A stretch of DNA of 57,830 nucleotides from an uncultured Gammaproteobacteria bacterium. GTDB lineage: Bacteria > Patescibacteriota > Patescibacteriia > Magasanikbacterales > UBA10003. Positions 18,647 to 24,892 of the stretch are shown here, in pieces. Position 1 is the stretch's first letter, and every line of letters begins with the position of its first letter. The stretch lies in NCBI GenBank assembly GCA_964596405.1, contig CAZQSS010000002.1, positions 1-57,830 of the forward strand, written 5' to 3'. Under the pieces are notes generated by a model. That model saw only the letters and a program-made list of their open reading frames with translations, had not been told where the DNA came from and made no database searches. The position numbers and the translations under genes were made by a program.

Positions 18647-18832
18647 TAAACAGTCAAAAGTTCGCTTATCAGTAGTTACGCAAAATCGCGCGAGCGCTTT
18701 TGCGTAATGGGCGGCGGTTCCCTCCAGTTCCGCTCGTCGCTCGCGCGACTTCGCGTAACTGTCGGATATCTGTAATTTTGCCTTGCCGAGCGCGAGCTCG
18801 TCGGCAAAACTCCAGATATCCGCCGCCCATTA
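18647..18832 (+). repeat. Inter-cassette structured element, copy 1 (degenerate 5' module plus full core 18675-18832)
   Basis: The core is GTTACGCAAAATCGCGCGAGCGCTTTTGCGTAATGGGCGGCGGTTCCCTCCAGTTCCGCTCGTCGCTCGCGCGACTTCGCGTAACTGTCGGATATCTGTAAT-[variable hairpin]-CTCCAGATATCCGCCGCCCATTA. Confidence 0.9.
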
Positions 18833-18910
18833 TACGCCATACATTTTATCATTTTGATATTTTTTCACTCTGCTTTTTGTGAGTGATTGACGAATAAAAC
18901 AATATTTTTT
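18830..18910. repeat. Cassette 1 private inverted repeat, left arm
   Basis: TTATACGCCATACATTTTATCATTTTGATATTTTTTCACTCTGCTTTTT..TTGACGAATAAAACAATATTTTTT matches the reverse complement of 20153-20229. Confidence 0.85.
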
Positions 18911-18954
18911 AGTAATTTGATTAAGATAAAGGTACAAAGAATTATTCAACATTT

Positions 18955-20148
18955 ATGTCCTTGGAACGCGAGCCACAACAACATAATGAAAATGAGACTC
19001 GTGACAAATTCAATGCAAAATTGTCTGAATTGGCTGTCTATTGGTTAAAACTAAAAAATTTATGGGAACAAACGGCAACATCAAGAGACCCCCTTACTAA
19101 CAATGATCCCGACACAGAAATCGCGGGATTAGAAGAAAAAATTGCACCCATCCTCATCGAACTGCTCAATGCCAGCGGAGCGGAGCGTGAACTGCTGTAT
19201 GAAAAAGCTAGAAAAATTCGCGATGAAAATACTGACAAAAAAATTCAAGTTCGAGGTGTTATAGAGGTTAGCAATATCTGTCGTGCCAATTGTCTATATT
19301 GCCCAATGCGTCGAGATAATTTACCCACTACTGAAAAAATACGAATTACTCCAAAACAGATTTATAATCAGGTTAAGGCGACCAAAAAAGAAGGCATTAC
19401 AAATTTTTTCATGCAAAGTGGCGAGGATCCACAAATAATTCCCGTGGTATTAGAAGCATTATCGCTGATTAAAAATGACCCAGAAACGCGAGATATTAAA
19501 ATTGTCTTAAATTTAGGCGACCATTTGCCGAACACATATTCCAAACTGCACGAGGCTGGCGCTGATGGTTATTTAATAAAACACGAAACCTCAGATAAAG
19601 AATTACACCGTCTGATGCGACCTCATTCTACAGTTGAACAAAGAGTATCTCATTTACTACAAGCGCGCCAAGCTGGCATGCACATTGGTACTGGTGTAAT
19701 TGTCGGGTTGCCCGGTCAAACCGATCAATCATTAGCACAGGATATAATTTTTGCCGGTCGCATCGGATCTGAACAGATGGTTAGTTGCTCACCATTTATA
19801 CCGGGTGAAACCACTCCACTTGCAGGAGAACAAGCAGGAGATTTTTTCAAAACACTAAACATGATCGCAATATACCGCCTTCTCTTTCCAGCCGCCCGCA
19901 TTCCTGCAGTAAGTAATTTAGATTCTGCCAAACTCAGTACACGACCACCGGATTTAAAAATTAGCGGACAATCGGCAGGAATAAATGCCGGAGCAAATGG
20001 AATAACCATCAACGTGACACCACCAGCGATTCGCGATATCTATAGCATATACGATGTTAAAACAAGAGAAATTGTTGATTTTTCAAAAGCTAAAAGGATT
20101 GAAAAAGAAACAGGATTAACGCTTGATTTAGATGACAAAGATACATAG
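18955..20148 (+). CDS. Radical SAM enzyme, HydE/PylB/BioB-like subfamily (orphan)
   Basis: CxxxCxxC motif in VIEVSNICRANCLYCPMRRDN. Also MQSGEDP, EAGADGYLIKHETSD..LHRLMRP, GVIVGLPGQT, SPFIPGETTPLA and AIYRLLFPAARIPA, which are all HydE-like blocks. Has an unassigned N-terminal extension of about 95 aa. Confidence 0.85.
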   Translation: MSLEREPQQHNENETRDKFNAKLSELAVYWLKLKNLWEQTATSRDPLTNNDPDTEIAGLEEKIAPILIELLNASGAERELLYEKARKIRDENTDKKIQVRGVIEVSNICRANCLYCPMRRDNLPTTEKIRITPKQIYNQVKATKKEGITNFFMQSGEDPQIIPVVLEALSLIKNDPETRDIKIVLNLGDHLPNTYSKLHEAGADGYLIKHETSDKELHRLMRPHSTVEQRVSHLLQARQAGMHIGTGVIVGLPGQTDQSLAQDIIFAGRIGSEQMVSCSPFIPGETTPLAGEQAGDFFKTLNMIAIYRLLFPAARIPAVSNLDSAKLSTRPPDLKISGQSAGINAGANGITINVTPPAIRDIYSIYDVKTREIVDFSKAKRIEKETGLTLDLDDKDT

Positions 20149-20152
20149 AGAC

Positions 20153-20229
20153 AAAAAAATATTGTTTTATTGACGAGCGAAAAAAGCAGAGTGAAAAATA
20201 ATAATTAGGAAAAAATGTACAGCGTATAA
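20153..20229. repeat. Cassette 1 private inverted repeat, right arm
   Basis: Reverse complement of the left arm (..AAAAAAATATTGTTTTATTGAC..AAAAAAGCAGAGTGAAAAATA..GTACAGCGTATAA). Confidence 0.85.
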
Positions 20230-20448
20230 CAGCCGATATGCGGTTCCGCTCCGCTACACCCATATGCTGACGCACATCGCATATCGGCGAACGTTACGCA
20301 AAATCGCGCGAGCGCTTTTGCGTAATGGGCGGCGGTTCCCTCCAGTTCCGCTCGTCGCTCGCGCGACTTCGCGTAACTGTCGGATATCTGTAATCCCGCT
20401 CGCCCCCCGCGAGGGGCCGGCGGGACTCCAGATATCCGCCGCCCATTA
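20226..20448 (+). repeat. Inter-cassette structured element, copy 2 (5' hairpin module plus core 20293-20448)
   Basis: ATAACAG-CCGATATGCGG...CGCATATCGGCG-AAC followed by a core almost identical to copy 1. Confidence 0.9.
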
Positions 20449-20468
20449 TCTGAAATTGTAAATGCCCC
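20446..20468. repeat. Cassette 2 private inverted repeat, left arm (contains the ATG at 20462)
   Basis: TTATCTGAAATTGTAAATGCCCC, compared with the reverse complement of 21244-21266. Confidence 0.85.
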
Positions 20469-21238
20469 CTTTATTTATTGAAATTAAAAAATTATATTCG
20501 CTTCTTAATCCAAAAACTATGATACATAATCACGACATCAACAAACTTCCTGCCGATGGATATTTAGTGCTTCCTCTATCCATGAGCCGCTTGGCGAATG
20601 GCAAGGGTCAAAGCCCCGAAGAATGTTATGAGGTAATACAATATTTCGAGAATAAAGTCAGCCAAGTTGGAATAGATTTTTTGTTTATTTATACCAATGG
20701 ATTGTATTACAACAATGACGAATCTGCTTTGTCGGTCAGAAAAAAGACTAATCAAGCTATGATTGATCACAGAAACGCATTATTAAAATTAATGATAAAA
20801 AACAAAAAATATATTCCCCAAGCAGCTCATTTTATTCCGTGGGATTATATAATTTTGAATTCTCCGCAATTTTCTGATTATTATCAAAAATTAATTAAGC
20901 TGAAAGAAAATGACGAACAATTCAAAATTACTTTAGAGGAAGCACTAAATGGAAGAGAAAACACAGAAGCAAATATAAATTTTTTAATAGAGGAAATCGT
21001 TGTCACTTACTTGATTAGGCAAAAGTTAATTGAATTTCCCAAAACTCTCGTCAAAAATGATAAATTTCGCTTAGTGATTTATCCTGGAACATATTTGAAG
21101 GCTGATTGTTATCAATGGCAGAAAAAAGCATTGCCACAATTTGAAACATCAAGCGAAAATAGCAACCCATATTATGCGTCACAGTATGATTTTGCCAAAA
21201 AAATATTAAACAGTTTTGATGAAATTCAATTACAATAA
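20462..21238 (+). CDS. Hypothetical 258-aa protein, possibly cyclodipeptide-synthase-like (tentative)
   Basis: No strong motif. The order and spacing of LVLPLSMSRL (near residue 40), IDFLFIYTNG, WDYIILNSPQFSDYY, INFLIEEIVV (near residue 175) and LVIYPG (near residue 205) resemble the CDPS blocks GISxxNSxFS / YVxxExP / xYH. This is based on recall only. An alternative start is M20 at 20519. Confidence 0.3.
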   Translation: MPPLFIEIKKLYSLLNPKTMIHNHDINKLPADGYLVLPLSMSRLANGKGQSPEECYEVIQYFENKVSQVGIDFLFIYTNGLYYNNDESALSVRKKTNQAMIDHRNALLKLMIKNKKYIPQAAHFIPWDYIILNSPQFSDYYQKLIKLKENDEQFKITLEEALNGRENTEANINFLIEEIVVTYLIRQKLIEFPKTLVKNDKFRLVIYPGTYLKADCYQWQKKALPQFETSSENSNPYYASQYDFAKKILNSFDEIQLQ

Positions 21239-21243
21239 GGAGT

Positions 21244-21266
21244 GGGGCATTTACAACATCAGATAA
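21244..21266. repeat. Cassette 2 private inverted repeat, right arm
   Basis: GGGGCATTTACAACATCAGATAA, 5 nt after the stop codon. Confidence 0.85.
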
Positions 21267-21510
21267 CACGGCATATCTGCAAGGGCTAAAGCCACATTTC
21301 GCCACGAAAATTATATAAATAAAGGAGGTGGCGAAACGTCAGATATGCCGAAACGTTACGCAAAATCGCGCGAGCGTTTTCGCGTAATGGGCGGCGGTTC
21401 CCTCCAGTTCCGCTCGTCGCTCGCGCGACTTCGCGTAACTGTCGGATATCTGTAATCCCGCTCGCCCCCCGCGAGGGGCCGGCGGGACTCCAGATATCCG
21501 CCGCCCATTA
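21263..21510 (+). repeat. Inter-cassette structured element, copy 3 (5' hairpin module plus core 21355-21510)
   Basis: ATAACAC-GGCATATCTG...CAGATATGCC-GAAAC followed by the core. Both stems of the 5' module differ from copies 2 and 4 by compensatory changes. Confidence 0.9.
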
Positions 21511-21575
21511 GCGAAAATAAATTACTTTTTCCCGTCCGATTTTGACGATTTTAATTGTAGGGGGCCGAATTTTTG
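21508..21575. repeat. Cassette 3 private inverted repeat, left arm
   Basis: TTAGCGAAAATAAATTACTTTTTCCCGTCCGATTTT..GGGGGCCGAATTTTT matches the reverse complement of 24046-24110. Confidence 0.85.
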
Positions 21576-21633
21576 TAATTGTTGACGAGGGGAACAAACG
21601 GAATAGCCACCTTTTGTAGGGTGGCTATCATTT

Positions 21634-21662
21634 TTGACTTAAAACTGTAAAAAAGGTAAAAT
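21634..21662 (+). promoter_or_regulatory. Candidate promoter of the R-M operon (TTGACT-17-TAAAAT)
   Basis: TTGACTtaaaactgtaaaaaaggTAAAAT, preceded by the hairpin ATAGCCACC-ttttgtag-GGTGGCTAT at 21603-21628. Confidence 0.5.
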
Positions 21663-21688
21663 TAAACCATAAAAACCATTTATCACTT

Positions 21689-22480
21689 ATGAAATATCCT
21701 AAAGATTTTACCAACAAATTCATTACTGGTGATTGTATTAAAATCATGAAACAAATACCGGACGGCTCGGTTGATTTAGTTGTTACCTCGCCTCCCTACA
21801 ATCTCAAAAACTCCACAGGCAACGGCATGAAAGACGGCCGTGGCGGTAAATGGTCTGGAGCGGCGCTGGTAAATGGCTATGATAACTACGACGACAACAT
21901 GCCGCATGACGAATACGCTAAGTGGCAACGCAATTGTTTAACCGAAATGTTTAGGGTTGTTAATGATAATGGTGCTATTTTTTATAATCACAAATGGCGC
22001 GTCCAAGATGGATTACTCCAAGATCGACAAGATATTGTTAGTGGTTTTCCGGTAAGACAAATTATTATTTGGCGACGCAAAGGCGGAATCAATTTTAACG
22101 CTGGCTATTTTTTGCCAACCTATGAAGTAATTTATCTTATCGCAAAAAATAATTTCAAATTAGTATCAAAAGCCAACGCCCACGGCGATGTGTGGGAATT
22201 TACCCAAGATATGAACAACCCTCACCCCGCCCCATTTCCGGTCGCGCTGATTGAACGAATCGTTTCCTCCACCAACGCCCAAACTATTTTGGACCCATTT
22301 ATGGGTTCAGGTACTACGGCCGTTGTAGCTAAAGCATTGGGACGAAAATTTATTGGCATTGATATTTCACCTAAATATTGCGAAATGGCTGAGGAACGAC
22401 TCGGACGAAATGTAAAACACAACGAAATGGAACTTCTAAAACCTCAAATGAGTATTTTTAAACTACAACGCGCCGTATGA
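21689..22480 (+). CDS. DNA methyltransferase, beta-class N4-cytosine/N6-adenine (SPPY motif)
   Basis: Motif IV VVTSPPYN lies N-terminal and motif I DPFMGSGTTAVVA C-terminal. Overlaps the endonuclease gene through ATGA. Confidence 0.9.
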   Translation: MKYPKDFTNKFITGDCIKIMKQIPDGSVDLVVTSPPYNLKNSTGNGMKDGRGGKWSGAALVNGYDNYDDNMPHDEYAKWQRNCLTEMFRVVNDNGAIFYNHKWRVQDGLLQDRQDIVSGFPVRQIIIWRRKGGINFNAGYFLPTYEVIYLIAKNNFKLVSKANAHGDVWEFTQDMNNPHPAPFPVALIERIVSSTNAQTILDPFMGSGTTAVVAKALGRKFIGIDISPKYCEMAEERLGRNVKHNEMELLKPQMSIFKLQRAV

Positions 22481-23265
22481 AAATTTACACCAAACCACAG
22501 TTAATCACAAAACTAAAAGAAATCTCAAAACAAGGTTGGATACCAAACGGCCGACATGGCAATGCCGGCGGAATTGGTAACACTTTGGAAGACTTGTTGG
22601 GAATCGAAGAAAATAATTTGCCAATTCCAAACGCCGCCGAATGGGAACTTAAAACACAACGGATCGCTACAAGCTCGCTCACTACTCTTTTTCATACTGA
22701 GCCATCACCACGCGCGGTAAAATTTGTACCACAAATATTACTACCACTTTATGGTTGGAAACACGACGGAGCAGGAAAACAATACCCTAAGAACGAGATG
22801 AGTTTCCGACAAACAATTCATGGGCACAGTCCAAGCGACCGTGGCTTTATTGTAAAAATTGACCGCGCAGAACAAAAGGTTTTAATTTCTTTTGACGCCT
22901 CAAAAGTGGCCAAAAAACATAAAATTTGGTTAAAATCCGTCAAAAAGAAAGTCGGCAACTTAAACGAACTCAATCCCCAACCTTATTGGGGTTTTGATGA
23001 TCTGGGACACAAAGCCGGCACCAAACTTCTGAACTGTTTTTATGTCCAAGCCAAAGTGAAAAAAGAAAAAGGCAAAGAATTTTACCATTACACAAAAGTA
23101 ATGATGTTACAAAAATTCAGTTTTGAAAAATTTTTAAACGCTCTTGATGAGGGCAAAATTCTAGTGGACTTTGACGCTCGCACCGGCCATAACCACGGCA
23201 CAAAATTTCGGATGAGACAAGATTGTTTGCCGATGTTGTATGAAAAAACCACCTCAATAATATAA
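22477..23265 (+). CDS. Type II restriction endonuclease, MvaI/BcnI (MutH-like) family
   Basis: N-terminus MKIYTKPQLITKLKEISKQGW and the blocks GNTLEDLLGIEENNLPIPNAAEWELKT and HYTKVMML resemble BcnI/MvaI as I recall them. Translationally coupled to the methyltransferase gene. Confidence 0.75.
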   Translation: MKIYTKPQLITKLKEISKQGWIPNGRHGNAGGIGNTLEDLLGIEENNLPIPNAAEWELKTQRIATSSLTTLFHTEPSPRAVKFVPQILLPLYGWKHDGAGKQYPKNEMSFRQTIHGHSPSDRGFIVKIDRAEQKVLISFDASKVAKKHKIWLKSVKKKVGNLNELNPQPYWGFDDLGHKAGTKLLNCFYVQAKVKKEKGKEFYHYTKVMMLQKFSFEKFLNALDEGKILVDFDARTGHNHGTKFRMRQDCLPMLYEKTTSII

Positions 23266-23274
23266 AACAATAAA

Positions 23275-23985
23275 TTGCTAACCAAATTTATGAAAAAAAT
23301 CATAATTTATTTAAAATTTTTTTGGGTGGCAATACTTTTGTTTATATTATCTATAATTTGCTGGTACTACTTACCAGAAAATTATAACAATTTCAAAGGC
23401 AATTTAATCGCTTCTATTCTCGGCGTTGGAATCGCAATTTTTACTGCTGAGGGTTTTAAAAATATTAACGACCATAGACGAATCAAAAAGAACTTCGGAT
23501 TTTTAAGGCTTATTGTAATCCCTTATCTAAAAAATCAAACACAAAATTTTATAGATACAGCGAATGGTTTCCAAGATATATGTAATAAAGTACAAGCCGT
23601 CAATTTTATCGCAGTCATATCCAGCATAAATGAAATGAGTAATACATTTGATAAAAGCTGGCTTCAATTAATCTTCTCCCAAGATTTTATTGATGCTATA
23701 AAAACAGATGAACACTTCAATAAAATTTCCCACACTATATTGGAATTATTGTTATTCATAAGTTCAACAACAACATTATCCGCAAACGCAAAAACACTCA
23801 TGTTAAACAATGTCGTCCAACTCGACGAAGAAGCGACCAAAATGTTTATAACAAAAGCACGCGAGTTTAGATCGGCCTTAACCAAAAGTGCTCAAGATTT
23901 ACAGAAATACGTTAATTTACTAGACCAAGAAATGGAATTATTTTTTCGAGAGAATAATGTTATTTACCAAGAATTTGAAAGATGA
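23275..23985 (+). CDS. Membrane-anchored (2 TM) helical protein, unknown function, third gene of the R-M cassette
   Basis: Two N-terminal hydrophobic helices followed by an alpha-helical domain of about 170 aa. An alternative start is MKKII at 23290. Confidence 0.55.
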   Translation: MLTKFMKKIIIYLKFFWVAILLFILSIICWYYLPENYNNFKGNLIASILGVGIAIFTAEGFKNINDHRRIKKNFGFLRLIVIPYLKNQTQNFIDTANGFQDICNKVQAVNFIAVISSINEMSNTFDKSWLQLIFSQDFIDAIKTDEHFNKISHTILELLLFISSTTTLSANAKTLMLNNVVQLDEEATKMFITKAREFRSALTKSAQDLQKYVNLLDQEMELFFRENNVIYQEFER

Positions 23986-24045
23986 TTATACATATTTGGT
24001 GAGGGCGCAATTCACCCCTAACCCCTCTTGCGCCCGCCAACGACG

Positions 24046-24110
24046 AAAAAATTCGGCCCCCCATTATATTTAATAAAATCGAACGGAAAAAAGTAATTTA
24101 CATTCGCTAA
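24046..24110. repeat. Cassette 3 private inverted repeat, right arm
   Basis: AAAAAATTCGGCCCCCC..AAAATCGAACGGAAAAAAGTAATTTACATTCGCTAA. Confidence 0.85.
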
Positions 24111-24405
24111 CAGCCGATATGCGGTTCAAGAAAAAGAGTGTAAAATATTTTCAGCGGATACTCTTTTTCTCTCACCCATATTTCGCACAAATTTAATTTT
24201 AATGGAATGTGCGAAACATCGCATATCGGCGTACATTACGCAAAATCGCGCGAGCGCTTTTGCGTAATGGGCGGCGGTTCCCTCCAGTTCCGCTTGTCGC
24301 TCGCGCGACTTCGCGTAACTGTCGGATATGCGGCGCTTCGCTACATCCCGCCCTCGCCTCGAGCCTTGCGGCTCGGACGGGAAGTCGCATATCCGCCGCC
24401 CACTA
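24108..24405 (+). repeat. Inter-cassette structured element, copy 4 (expanded 5' hairpin module plus core 24235-24405)
   Basis: TAACAG-CCGATATGCGG...CGCATATCGGCG-TAC followed by the core. The 3' stem is GGATATGCG/CGCATATCC instead of GGATATCTG/CAGATATCC, which is a compensatory change. Confidence 0.9.
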
Positions 24406-24428
24406 GGCGAAATTTATTTAATTTTTTT
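24404..24428. repeat. Cassette 4 private inverted repeat, left arm
   Basis: TAGGCGAAATTTATTTAATTTTTTT, immediately 5' of the ATG at 24429. Confidence 0.75.
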
Positions 24429-24734
24429 ATGCATAAAGATGTTAGGCCTATTATTAAAGCAACAATATTTATAATTGTTGTGCTGTTAATAGCATGTCCT
24501 TTCTGGTTAAGAATTTTAATTAAAACTGCAGACAAAATGAGCATGAGTATGGGTGACGATAGTATGTTAGAGACTAAGGTCGCTGCCTGGATAATATTAA
24601 TCGGGGTCTTGTTAGTTTGGTTAATTCCTTGGTTGATCCAAATTATCTTATCTGTATACATTTTTAATAAAAATTCTCAACAATCTGATGCAATACTCAA
24701 AACTCTAAAAGATATAAAGAAAAAAATTAAATAA
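24429..24734 (+). CDS. Small (101-aa) two-TM membrane protein
   Basis: Start trimmed to MHKDVRP because the upstream part of the tracked ORF lies in the repeat. Two hydrophobic helices and a Lys-rich tail. Confidence 0.55.
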   Translation: MHKDVRPIIKATIFIIVVLLIACPFWLRILIKTADKMSMSMGDDSMLETKVAAWIILIGVLLVWLIPWLIQIILSVYIFNKNSQQSDAILKTLKDIKKKIK

Positions 24735-24745
24735 ACATCGCATAA
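24720..24745. repeat. Cassette 4 private inverted repeat, right arm (overlaps the last codons and the stop)
   Basis: AAAAAAATTAAATAAACATCGCATAA. Confidence 0.75.
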
Positions 24746-24765
24746 CAGGGGGATATCCGATTCCG
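24742..24765 (+). repeat. Terminal partial copy of the inter-cassette element (first approx 24 nt of the 5' module only)
   Basis: ATAACAGGGGGATATCCGATTCCG, compared with ATAACAGCCGATATGCGGTTCCG in copy 2. Confidence 0.7.
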
Positions 24766-24834
24766 ATACATTGTACGAAATTTTAAAAAACAAATTTTTT
24801 ATTTTTATATAGAGCCCTTTTGAAATTTTTTTTT

Positions 24835-24872
24835 GGAAATAAAGAAGACCCGCCTTTGTAAGCACGGGTCTT
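24835..24872 (-). terminator. Rho-independent terminator of the lipoprotein operon
   Basis: Hairpin AGACCCG..CGGGTCT followed by a T-rich run on the minus strand. Confidence 0.7.
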
Positions 24873-24892
24873 TATGTTTGTGAGCGGATTGT

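Noticed and set aside
18955-20148. Radical SAM enzyme as the [FeFe]-hydrogenase maturase HydE proper, or as a prokaryotic viperin.
   Set aside because: There are no hydA, hydF or hydG genes in the window. The cluster motif and downstream blocks match HydE/BioB-like enzymes and not viperin (CNxxCxxC with an NTP-binding C-terminus). It is called only HydE-like.
18675-24405. The four conserved repeats could be read as a CRISPR array.
   Set aside because: The repeats are about 156-171 nt (plus a 5' module) and the intervening segments are 0.3-2.6 kb and contain full genes. There are no cas genes. The dimensions are incompatible with CRISPR.
18700-24406. The ORFs 18700-18882, 20264-20461, 24209-24406 and 24199-24390(-) share the peptide RKIARALLRNGRRFPPVPLVARATSRNCRI.
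   Set aside because: They lie entirely in the structured repeat. The starts and ends differ between copies. Differences between copies are compensatory in stems rather than synonymous. There is no RBS. They are treated as by-products of a nucleic-acid element.
18830-24745. The cassettes could be TA-targeting TIR transposons (IS630/mariner-like MITEs).
   Set aside because: The inverted repeats differ in sequence between cassettes, so they cannot share one transposase, and no transposase gene is present. The flanking TA could equally be part of a recombination core.
18647-24765. A canonical integron with attC sites.
   Set aside because: No intI gene or attI site is recognisable. The boxes (GTTACGC / GCGTAAC, ATAACAG) only loosely fit GTTRRRY/RYYYAAC. 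The element is 2-3 times longer than attC. It is therefore reported only as integron-like.
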